Assembly: GCF_036971445.1 (NCBI RefSeq)
Contig: NC_091475.1
Location: 51,088,001 to 51,152,000, forward strand
Source of the DNA: Narcine bancroftii
Taxonomy: Eukaryota
Reading direction: 5' to 3'
Length of the DNA: 64,000 nucleotides
The notes beneath the pieces are model-generated. The model had not been told where the DNA came from. It saw nothing but the letters and a program-made list of their open reading frames with translations, and did no database searches. The translations under genes and the position numbers were made by a program. Below, in pieces: positions 1 through 10,851 of the stretch. How positions within the stretch are numbered: position 1 is the stretch's first letter; every line of letters begins with the position of its first letter.

Positions 1-51
1 ATGATTGCAGTTTGACATTAACTCCTCAACAGATTCACCAAATATTGATTG
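1..51 (+). CDS. CFAP47: CFAP47 internal exon, 5' end outside window (..DCSLTLTPQQIHQILIG)
   Basis: Frame from nt 3 reads DCSLTLTPQQIHQILI, ends G|gtatga (phase 1) and joins the phase-1 exon at 869 to give GPSAIDF; resembles the CFAP47 segment LTPxQIHQVIVGPS as I recall it. Confidence 0.85.
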
Positions 52-184
52 GTATGATAAATATAAATTTATAATTTTCATCTGCATAATTATGTGTAAT
101 TGCTGTTGGGTATGATTGTCAAATCCTCTGGAATTGCTTAATGTAGAATTTGGGTGTTCAATAACAAAGTGCCTGTGCTAATAT

Positions 185-601
185 TGTATCCTCCAGTGAG
201 TGGAGGCAAGGCAGAACATTTGTCTTGGTACACAACCTTATGTTTAAAAAAAACACAAAATATTAGATGAGTGGATGAAATTCAACTGATTATAGGAACT
301 CCAAAATCTGCAAATAATAGCAAAATAATTAAGAACAAAATGTGGTGATTGAGGATGGTTACATGCAAATTACTTGCATTAAATCAATCTCAGCCCTTTC
401 AATGTGGTATTCAGGCATAATCAACACTTATTTGAACCATTCATCCCATCTCTATGAAGTAGTGTTATCACCAAATGCAGCCTAGAATTAAAGATGGGGA
501 ATTTGTGTGAAGTAACAGTTCACTCTCTTCAATGAGCTCTGAATGTTCTGTATTCCCTATTGAAATTATGAGACAATCAATGATTATCTACTTTCAAAAT
601 G
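185..601 (+). repeat. Source copy of a ~420 bp direct duplication (other copy 1900-2319)
   Basis: Direct sequence match with about 8 differences by eye. Confidence 0.95.
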
Positions 602-868
602 CTATGCGATTCCTCAATTTATCCAGCGTTTTTTGTTTTTGTATAATCTGCACAAAAGATAGCATTGGAGCAAAGGTCAATATTGTATGAAATTTTTTCT
701 TCATTGATGGTAGTACTTGTATCCACAAATTAGTGGTGTATTTTATTTTTATCTTACGATGTTCACAAAGACCACTTATACTTTACATTTTATCCAGTGG
801 TAATTGCCAATCTTCATACTATTTTTCAGCAGTTTTTAACCAAAATTGTACTTACTTTTTCAAACTAG

Positions 869-1085
869 GCCCATCTGCAATTGACTTTGGAGAAGTCTGT
901 GCATATTCAACATCAACCCAAAATTTGAATATTGTAAACAATTTACCTAGACATATTTTAATTGAAGTGGATACTGATTGTGCAGAACTACGAGATTCTT
1001 GTCCATTATCTCAGGTGATCCCACCAATGTCTACAGCTTATCTACCATTGATATTTGAAAGTACAAAAACTGGAGCTTTTCAAAA
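869..1085 (+). CDS. CFAP47: CFAP47 exon (GPSAIDFGEVC..ESTKTGAFQK)
   Basis: ctag| acceptor at 868, aa|gtaagt donor at 1086; 217 nt, phase 1 to 2; Ig-like ASH/Hydin-type signature (DFGEV..NLNIVNNL). Confidence 0.92.
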
Positions 1086-1204
1086 GTAAGTGTTAAATGA
1101 TTTTTCTTTCCAACAGAAAGATAATACAAGTGAAAAATAAGTAACAAAGCCTATGATATTGCTCATTATATGACATGTTCAATTATCAGTTTGAAGAGTT
1201 GAAT

Positions 1205-2662
1205 ATCAAATTGGTTTGCCCAGAGAAGGCAGAGAATGGTGTAAATGGTTCACATTCTTTATCAAGGTTGATGACCAGTGGTGTTCTGCAAGGATCTTTT
1301 CTGGACACATTCTCTTAGTGATTTTTATAAATGACCTGGAGGATGGAGTGGAAGGGTAGGTTAGTAAGTTTGCAGATGATGCAAAAGTTGATGGAGTTGT
1401 GGATAGTCTGGACGGTTGCCAGAGGTTATACAGGGACATGAATAGGATTCAGAGCTGGGCTGAGAAGTGGCAGTTGGAGTGTAACCTGTAAAAATGTGTT
1501 GGTTTATTTTGGAAGGTCAAGTTTAAAGACAGAATACAATGTTAATGGGAGGTCTCTGAGCCCTGTGGAAGAACCGAGAGATTTTGGAGTCTGTGTCCAT
1601 GGGATGCTCAAAGCTGCTGTTTAGGAAGCCATATGGTCAGTTGGTCTCCATTAACCATGGGATCGAGTTCGAAAGCTGTATTGCGGATGCATAAGACCTT
1701 TGTTGGACCCCACTTGGAATATTGTGTTCATTTCTAGTCACCTCACTATGGGAAGGATGTGGATGGTTCAGAGAGAGTGCAGAGGAGATTTATAAGGTTG
1801 TTGCCTGGATTGGAGAGCATGCATTGTGAAGATAGGCTCAAGTCTTTTCTCCTTGAAGTGATGGTCAATGAGTGTCTGTTGTTAATATTAGATTGTTAAT
1901 GTATCATCCAATGAGTGGAGGCAAGTCAGAACATTTGTCTTGGTACACAACCTTATGTTTTAAAAAAAACCCACAAAATATTAGATGAGTGGATGAAATT
2001 CAACTGATTATAGGAACTCCAAAATCTGCAAATAATAGCAAAATAATTAAGAACAAAATGTGGTGATTGAGGATGGTTACATACAAATTACTTGCATTAA
2101 ATCAATCTCAGCCCTTTCAATGTGGTATTCAGGCATAATCAACACTTATTTGAACCATTCATCCCATCTCTATGAAGTAGTGTTATCACCAAATGCAGCC
2201 TACAATTAAAGATGGGGAATTTGTGTGAAGTAACAGTTCACTCTCTTCAATGAGCTCTGAATGTTCTGCATTCCCTATTGAAATTATGAGACAATCAATG
2301 ATTATCTACTTTCAAAATGACCTGATCAAGGTACATAAGGTGCACCTGTGTGAATGGCCAAATACTTTTTCACAGGGCTGTAATAGCTAAAATAAGGGGT
2401 CATAGTTTGAAGGTGCTGGGAGTAAATGCAGGGGTGATGTAAGTGTTAAGTTTTTCAGACAGATAGGTAGGGTGCATGGAATGCACTGCCTTCAGTGGTT
2501 GAGGAGAAGGATACAATTGGATCTTTTAAGATACTATTTGAGAGGCACAGTGAAATGAGAAAAATGAAGGATCATACAGTAGGGAAATTCTAGGCAGTTG
2601 TTGTAGTATTTTTATTAGGTTGGCACAGCTGAAGAGCCTACACTGTACTATAGATTTCTATG
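1205..2662 (+). mobile_element. 5'-truncated, decayed CR1 LINE interrupted by the duplicated segment
   Basis: RT remnant FINDLEDGVEG.VSKFADDAK, RPHLEYCV.FWSP-like motif, CR1-type 3' tail ending tctatg. Confidence 0.85.
1900..2319 (+). repeat. Duplicate of 185-601 inserted in CR1
   Basis: Direct match; CR1 sequence resumes at (t)gacctgatcaaggt immediately after. Confidence 0.95.
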
Positions 2663-2789
2663 TTTAATATATACAGAAATTGATGCATATCATTGCATCT
2701 AATTTGATCTTCTGATTGGTTGTAAAGTTCAAACTTTCTTTTGAGATTTCCATGTTAAAAGAAGCCATTAATCTATCATATCTGAAATT

Positions 2790-3075
2790 TTTTTCACAAA
2801 TGGAGGAGGATGAAGAGAGCATGGCCAGGATGGGATGACTTTTTCAAGGTGATGGCTGCTTCTCCATAGAAGTGGGAAGTTTTGTTGGAATTGATGGATA
2901 GGAGGGTGATTTTTGAGATGGTCTCAGCTGTGATCACAATTCTATATAGTTTCTTGTGGTCCAGGCAGAGCAGTTCCCGTACCACACAGTTTTGCATCCT
3001 GGCTGGATATTTGTGATGCTGCATCTGTAGAAGTCACTGAGGGATGCAGATGACATGTCGAATATCCTCTGGCCT
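2790..3075 (-). mobile_element. Rex1/Babar-type LINE 3' fragment (continues at 6018-6380)
   Basis: SSHPGHALF motif typical of the Rex1/Babar ORF C-terminus; split by the L1 insertion. Confidence 0.7.
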
Positions 3076-6017
3076 TTTTTTTTAATACTTTATTTTAATT
3101 TTGTGGTATAACATGTATTGAGAAATAACTATTACTTAAATACATAAATTGAAATTTTAAAAAATCAATGGTACAAGTTGTCCATATTTCCAAACAGCCC
3201 CAACCCCCCTCCCCCAAACAAAACCTGAAATAGAAAAGAAAGAAGGAGAAAATGGATAAGAGAGAAAAATAGAAAAGCAGGAAAAATAAGAAAGAAAGAA
3301 GAACTGTCAGGATCTGGGATCCACTTCAGAGGATCTAATTCCTTTTCTTGCCTAGATCTCAAATAGGGCAAATGACAAGCATATAGAACCAGGTACAGAA
3401 TAAGTATCCCTAAATATCCCCATCTTCTGCAAGTGTGGCTGCCATAACTGCAACAACATGTTATACTACTTCCTTAGATTAGAAGTAATTTTTTCAAGAA
3501 GCAAGTATGGACTTCCGCATTCCATCGGGCTATATCCAGAAGAGAATCAGGCTTCCAAATAACAGCAATACATTTTCTGGCCACTGCCAATGCAATTTTA
3601 AGAAATTCTAATTGGTCATTAGACAGCCTCATTTTAGGTCTTATGTCCACAATATTTCCGAAGAGAAACAATTCAATACTTTGTGGCAATTGTTTCCCAA
3701 TAATCTAGTTAATAAAATTCTTAAATTTTCCCAAACATTTTTCACTTTAGACCATGGCCAGGTGGAATCTAAAATGTTCCTGTTTCTTCCCCACATCTAA
3801 AATATATATCCGATATATTAGAATTTAATTTATGTAATTTCTGCGGAGCAAGAAGTTGTATTGGTCATGCTATCCTGACATAAATTGGACCATTGTTTAT
3901 CACCAATGCTAATACTCAGGTCTGATTCCTGCCTTTGTTTTGATTTGTATAACTCTTGCTTGGGAGTTCCCGTCTGAAGTAAAGAATATATTGCAGATGT
4001 AAACTTCCTCGTGATCCCCTTTCGAATCAGGATCTCAATTTCACTGCACTCTGGTTACATCATCTGGTCCAAATTTGTAGCAGAAGATTGATATTAGGAA
4101 TATTATATCTATTTGTTTCAAACTGCTCAAAAGACACAAGTTGCCCTTGCAGGTAACAAAATCTTCTACATACCTGATGTGATAGTACAGGATACTATCA
4201 CCAATGTATATTTGTTTATATTTTCTTATAGTTGTGATTGGCTGAGAGCCGTAGCCACGCCTACTGGCAGGTCATAAAGGGCTGCTCCTAACCAGACCCA
4301 GATCAGTCTGGACTGGTCGATCGTGTTGTAATACACTCCAGTCTTTTGTTGATTAAAGCCTTGGTTTGAGTTAACAAATCTTTGAGTCATTCGACGCGCT
4401 GCAATTTAATCAACAAAAGTTTCAAAGGATGGAGCGAATGCTCCGACCAGAACGCCTCAGCATTGATGTGCAGTCGGCTACTGCCCAGAGTGACTTTAGG
4501 CACTGGATGTGATGCTTTGAGGCATACCTGCAGCGATCAGACCCCATCATGGAGGAAGACGCAGACAAACTAATAGTGCTAAAGTCCTCAGTATCCTCGA
4601 GGGTCTACGAGATCATCCAGGACGCACCCTCCTACAAGGAAGCCATGGATGTGCTGAAGGGACTCTACGAACAACCTGTGAACAAGGTCTGCCAGGCACA
4701 TGCTGGCAACCAGGAGGCAGCAGCCCGGTGAGTCCTGCAGAGCCTATCTCCAGGCACATCCTTTCCAGTTACTGGGGAAAGCATGTGCATGCACCGAAAA
4801 AACTGCGGCTGGGATCATTGATAACCTCATCAGAGATGCTTATGTGACTGGGGTCCGATCTAACGAGGTGAGGCAACAATTGATGGAGAATTGGGGAGAC
4901 AGCCTGGTTAAGACAGTGAAAATCGCTGAAACAATGGAGGCTGCAGCCCTAACCATGGATGCTTATACTCAGGGCTGGGACCCTCGTTATGATGAAAGTA
5001 GAAATCCTGTACTTAAACCAGCCTCCCCATGCCACATCAATGGCCTCAATGCCCCCGCACTGCCCAACGCGGCCCTGAAGTGCTACTTCTGTGGGAAGGA
5101 GAAGTACAGCAGATCCCTGTGCCTGGTGAGGAAGGCCCGATGCCAGAAGTGTGGGAAGAATGCCATTTCGCCGCTGTCTGCCGGTCTAAAATGTCCATCG
5201 CCAAACACAGTGCCTCATGTGAGGCCCAACTGTGTTCCCCAAATTCAAATCTCCCGTCCTCAGACCTCTCATCCAATGAGAGCAAGGGATCGACCGTGCG
5301 GCAATGCTTGACGTCACGATGCAAGCACCACTTGCGGAAGACTCTGCCCACATAACTCCCCACCCTCGCCGCAGTGATGCTGATATCCAACGCAGCCCAC
5401 CCACCCAACGGAACCTGCGAGCCCGCAGGCCCCGAGAAATTACCTGCCGCTGTGCTTACCGCCAACTGCGGCCGACCCCTACCTGCTACTGCCGCCGACT
5501 GTAGCCTTGGTTTGAGTTAACAAGTCTTTGAATCATTCGACGTGCTGCACCTGATCCCTTTCTGAGACCAGGCATGTCAAATCTTATTATCCATTGTTAA
5601 AGAAATTAATCTATTTTGAGTCGAGGGTATTTTGAAAATCTTTTTGTTCCAATTAAATTATTTAATTTATTCCAAATATTCAAAATGTTTTATTAGAGGT
5701 GTTTCTTTTCCACCAGAAGTAGATTTTAGTGTCTCATTTATATACAAGATCTTCTGCTACTCTCTCTTCGATTTTGTGCAGTTCAATTTGCACCCATGAA
5801 GGTTTGTCTTTTCTGTCAAAGAGGGAAGTAAACAATTCCATCTGGGCCACTCAATAGTAATATTTAAAATTTGGAAGTTGCAAAGCCCCAGTATGGTATT
5901 TCCAAGTTAATTTTTCCATGGAGACTCTGGCTAATTTACTTTTCCAAAGAAACTTCCTAACCAATTTATTCAAATTTTGAAAAAAAACTTCTGTTGTAAT
6001 GGCACAAGAACAGTCTG
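3076..6017 (-). mobile_element. 5'-truncated L1-clade LINE, interrupted by a Gypsy element
   Basis: Poly-T (poly-A tail on minus) at ~3076, ORF2 C-terminal motifs LKIALAVARKCIAVIWK and KFLWKSK..RVSMEKLTW..GALQLPNF; degenerate TSD tatcctctggcct / tatccttagtctt. Confidence 0.8.
4178..5549 (+). mobile_element. Internally deleted Gypsy LTR retrotransposon: 5' LTR 4178-4403, gag remnant, partial 3' LTR 5503-5549
   Basis: TG..CA ends, perfect 5-bp TSD CCTGA (4173-4177, 5550-5554), gag start MERMLRPERL at 4429, zinc knuckles CYFCG..CQKCGK, last 47 nt of LTR repeated. Confidence 0.92.
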
Positions 6018-6380
6018 TATCCTTAGTCTTCTATTGACAGTGGCTTTCTTGGCCATTGCATCAAAGTAGCGGGACCAGGTATAGTTGTTGGAGATATTTT
6101 TTCCAAAGAACTTAAAACTAAAAACTATTTCCATCATTGATGTGGATGAGGAGGAAGGGGCATGAACTCCATCCCTCTTCCAGAAGTCTATGAATAGCTG
6201 CTTGGCTTTGCTGACAGCTGAGGAGAGTTGCTATTCTGGCACCAAACCACGAGATGCTCTATTTCTCTTGTATATTTTGATCCTTTTTTTTTTTGGAGAT
6301 CCAACCTATGACACAGTGCTTTCATTTTTTAAATTTATAGATGGAGCTGGGATGATGTGCTGCTGGGATCGGTGCTGGGT
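6018..6380 (-). mobile_element. Rex1/Babar-type LINE fragment
   Basis: Minus strand FKFFGKNISNNYTWSR and LSLSCQQSQAAIHRL-like remnant; colinear with 2790-3075. Confidence 0.65.
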
Positions 6381-6429
6381 CAACTGCTGTTTTTTGTCTA
6401 TATTAATTACTTTTCTGACAATGTAGTAA

Positions 6430-7185
6430 CGTGTTCAGTAACTTTGAGGCTGACATTAAAATTGATGGTATAGTGAGGAAGGTGATATGAGATTACAGAT
6501 GAACTGAGAAAGTGAGCCAAGAAATTTAACTCTGACAAGAGGAAGGTTTTGTACTTTGGTTGCTAGACCAGGGCAAGAGGTTCACAATAATGATAATGCC
6601 CTTGAGAGTATTGAGGAACAAAGGGACTTTGGGATTCAGATACATAATTCCTTGAAATCAGCAACATGAGTAGGCAAGATGGTTAAGAAGGCATTTGCAA
6701 TGCTTGTCTTCATCTGTCAGGAGAATGAGTACAGAAGCAGGGGTGTGATATCTCTGCATGATGTTGGTGAGAATGACACTTAAAGCATTGTGTGCAGTCT
6801 TGTTGAGCTGGAAAGGATGTGGTAAAAATTCACAAGAATGTTACCAGGACAGGTAGGTTTAAATTAGGAGGGACAGCATAGACTTGGATCATTTTCACAA
6901 GAGTATAGGAAGCTAAGGATTAATAAATCATGAGGGTAAATAGTCATATCTTTTCCTTAGAATAAATACAAAACTAGAGGTTATAAAAGGGATATAAAAT
7001 AGATTTAAAAGGGAGCTGTGTACATGGAACAAGCTACCAGAGAAAGTGGTAGAACTAGAATAATTAAAATGCTTGAAAGGCATTTAAACAGGCATGTGAT
7101 TGGAAAAGTACAGAGAGATATAAACCGATCTAGTTTGGTCGCCATGGACACGTTGTGTCAAAGGGCTGGTTTACTTGGTGTAGAA
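6430..7185 (+). mobile_element. Old CR1 LINE 3' fragment
   Basis: Decayed FN.DKC.VL.FG, EEQRDFG, WNKLPEKVVE motifs and CR1 tail. Confidence 0.75.
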
Positions 7186-8800
7186 TTTTATTAATCCAGG
7201 CACTGTATGTTCTGGTAATGGATAACTTTCAATCAATCAATTTTTTTATCAATGTAAATAAACATTAATACTTTTAACTATTTCCACCCAAAAATGTCAC
7301 GTACAAAATTTAATAACCTTGTAATTTTAAAGTAGCAACAAGGATATTTTATCTGAATATTTTGTGAACATAATTGATGTTTGGAAATTGAAAATCTTGT
7401 TGTATAATTTAAAAGGCTCCAGTAGTTCACCAAAATAATGATTCCTCTGAAAGATTTGAACTGATTTCAGCAGACTGTTCTGATGATGTTTTTTTCTGAA
7501 CTGCACAATTGAAAATTTATGTTCTGCAGGTTACTGAATAAGAATTAGGGGTTGGAACTGAGTGCAACAAGCTTAATTATTTTTGAATCACCATTCCATG
7601 TTGATTAAAAACCATATTTTGCAATTAATGTCCCAATGAAACAGTTTGGTTTATCACACTTTCACTCTAGAAGTGAACTGATAATTTGAAATATTGACAG
7701 AGCTTCTAAAAGGACATTTCTGATTTGCCTGTTTTAAGTATTGAAAGCTTTGATTTCAAGGAAACATTGAATAACTTGAGTGTACACAAAATTAATATGA
7801 ACTGAATGACCAATTTCTGAAGTTTGATCAACAATGATTTGAATACCATTACAGAAATGAACTATACTTATTTCACTCATTTTTAATTTTAACATGAAGT
7901 CATAAAAAGCAGAATAATACAGTGCAGTGAAGATAATTCAGCTTTCCATGTACGTAATGATCAAAAATTAAATCTTCATTAATTCTTCCCAATCTAAACA
8001 TTCACCTTGCATAAATTTAATAATTACAACCCTGTCAACCTACTTGCAAATCTACTCTCTACTTTTTCCATTTCCTGCCTGAGGTGGATTGACTACAATT
8101 ATGTGCAATACTTGCACTGTTGTGCAACTCTGTTCTCAGTGATCTTTTGCTCCTAAGCTCTGTCCCCGGACAGAGTATCTGAATTGCCTTCTTAGCCATC
8201 TGTATGTTGTCCTGTCATTTTGGGATTTGTGATCATTCCTCTTCTCATCTGCAAACTTTATCATTTTTCTGTATCAACATCCTCATCATCAACTACACCC
8301 TCAAATTTAATTATAATCCACAAATTTTTAACTGTGGCTTCTGTGAAAACACAAACAAATTAATGATATACATATCAAAAAGCAGGGAATGCTGCTGAAC
8401 CAAATGGAACCTCCGAGATTGCAACCTCCAGTATTTTGTGGAATCTTGGAAGTTTGTTTTGATACTTTAAATGGATTTGGAATGATTCATTATCCAGGTG
8501 TGGAACAGAAATCAACATTTGTTGCAATTCATGAGCAATTGAATAGTTAATTACAAATCTTCTTGTGAATGGTTCCCCCCCAACCCCTTCCCATGTCACA
8601 ATAATATATTTGCTGAACTTTAATTTCCATTGTAGTTTGTGGTTAAACCAGGCAATGGACTAATAAGAAGTCAAAGATTATATTGCAAAATAATTAGATT
8701 ATAAATAGTATAGTTCATAGTAACTAAAAATGCAATGTCAATAACATTACTTTTAAATTGGTAGCACAGAAACTTAAGCCAATTTTCTTTTATTTTGCAG

Positions 8801-9045
8801 ATCAATTACCTACACAATAAATAAGACCCACACTGGTCTTGTGGTAGTAAGTGCAAAAGTGGTTTGTGTTGCTCTTGAGCTGTCAACCAAGGAGTTGGTT
8901 TTGACCCCAAGCTATGGACTCCTGCATGAATCAGGCTTAAAGGCAACAGTGCGGCTCTATAACAGAAGAAACTACCCTGCCCAGTTCAGCTGGAATCCAA
9001 TCCTCACAGAAGCAGGAATGGCATTCTTCATCCGACCTGATGGAG
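8801..9045 (+). CDS. CFAP47: CFAP47 exon (SITYTINKTH..VRLYNRRNYPAQFSW..FFIRPDG)
   Basis: Polypyrimidine tract plus gcag| at 8800, g|gtagct donor; 245 nt, phase 2 to 1, open frame. Confidence 0.92.
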
Positions 9046-9133
9046 GTAGCTTATTTAAAAATGAACTGAACTTGGTGGGAAAGAGGAGCTTCAAAGGGAA
9101 ATCAATCAGAACCCTGTGTGAATGTGTTTGAGA

Positions 9134-9627
9134 CTTCTTCTTTGGCTTGGCTTCGCGGACAAAAATTTATGGAGGGGGTAAATGTCCACGTCAGCTGCAG
9201 GCTCGTTTGTGGCTGACAAGTCCGATGCGGGACAGGCAGACACGGTTGCAGTGGTTGCAGGGGAAAATTGGTTGGTTGGGGTTGGGTGTTGGGTTTTTCC
9301 TCCTTTGCCTTTTGTCAGTGAGGTGGGCTCTGCAGTCTTCTTCAAAGGAGGTTGCTGCCCGCCAAACTGTGAGGCGCCAAGATGCACGGTTTGAGGCGAT
9401 ATCAGCCAACTGGCGGTGGTCAATGTGGCAGGCACCAAGAGATTTCTTTAGGCAATCCTTGTACCTTTTCTTTGGTGCACCTCTGTCATGGTGGCCAGTG
9501 GAGAGCTCGCCATATAACACGATCTTGGGAAGGCGATGTTCCTCCATTCTGGAGACGTGACCCACCCAGCGCAGCTGGATCTTCAGCAGCGTGGACTCGA
9601 TGCTGTCGACCTCTGCCATCTCGAGTA
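9134..9627 (-). mobile_element. Young 5'-truncated RTE (BovB-like) LINE, copy 1
   Basis: Open ORF C-terminus QLRWVGHVSRMEEHRLPKIVLYGEL..C2H2-like finger..SHKRACS*, (GAA)n tail. Confidence 0.92.
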
Positions 9628-9765
9628 ACATTGACAAAAAGTCCCTGGAATGTGGTTTGGAGAAATGCAAAGAATAGATAATAAAAAATAATGAGATTGT
9701 TTTCTAAAATGCAAGTTAAGCAAATATTATTTTGTCCTATTAACCAGATACTTTTCCAAATAATA

Positions 9766-10431
9766 TGTTTCGAGCCCAAAGGACCTTAAAACCCAGCAGC
9801 AACAGTCATTCATCAAGACAAGTGGTTTTTAAAACAAAAGTTGTCTTTAATCAACTTTAAACATGAAAACAGAATCAAACTTTAACTTATTTCTATACTT
9901 AATTAACCTCCTTCTAAATCTAAGCGCATGTTTATGTAATGTTTGTGTGTAAATTTAAGAAATGTTCTTTGGTTCACAGTTCAATCTCACTTCTCCTTCT
10001 TCCAAGTTCTCTGGATGTATGCAATTCTTATACTGTGCACAGAATTCAACATGTATAAAGTTCACCAGGCTTTGGTGAGTGAAAGGAAGGTTCTTGTAGG
10101 GTTTGCAGTGAGAAATTTGTTGTTCCAGGATTTCCACAAATGAGATACCACCATTAGTCACCTCAATATCTTGCTGATGAAACTTGACCTATTAGGGTAA
10201 CCTCTTGCTTCAGGCTATCACAGAGTTCCTTTCTGCTCTGCTTATTCCAAGAGAAACATCAGACAGATAGCACTTCCAGCCATCCACTGCTCTGGAACTT
10301 TCTGTTTCCAACCAGCTCTTCCTGGCTTGTTTCAGCCGTGACTGTTCAGTCTCTTTTCAGTGTCACTTTTCTTAAATTTACACACACATTACATACACAT
10401 GAGTTTGTCTAGGAGGGCTTGTCTTCTCTTC

Positions 10432-10468
<37 letters not shown>

Positions 10469-10851
10469 GCTCTCTCTCGCTCTCTCTCTCTCCAACGGAG
10501 ACTGCCAGAAAGCCCATGTGACTCTCTCACTTGTAAAACCCCACCTTCTTCAGCAAACCACAGGAGTTCTTCTCCTTGTCTTAGATAAAAAATCCCAGGA
10601 GTGACCTTTCTGTGAGCATACTGTAAGTACTTTTTAACAGCCAGTTTGTCTCCTCTAAACAATGGTCTTTCATGCCATCATTTCAATTAGCACTTACTTG
10701 TGAAATGTGCAGAAAAGTCTCCAAAGATCCTGCAATGTTACTGAATATGAATTCTTCAGTATTTCAAATAAGATCTGTTTTAAAATGTGTGTATGTATGT
10801 AACCTACTCTAAATCTTACCAAATTCTCCCAAATATTTATCCTCCATTACA
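9766..10851 (-). mobile_element. Solo LTR, 1086 bp, with internal (CT)n microsatellite at ~10430-10491
   Basis: TG..CA ends with perfect 4-bp TSD AATA (9762-9765, 10852-10855); ATTAAA on minus near 9850. Confidence 0.75.

Noticed and set aside
4700-5311. 203-aa ORF as a domesticated gag gene
   Set aside because: The gag is broken by a stop and frameshifts upstream and is still flanked by LTR and TSD; no sign of exaptation.
9147-9779. Several overlapping ORFs as novel genes
   Set aside because: They are alternative or antisense frames of the GC-rich RTE fragment and recur in the other RTE copies.
10378-10662. ORFs with RERE/SLSL low-complexity runs
   Set aside because: Translation of a (CT)n microsatellite inside a solo LTR.
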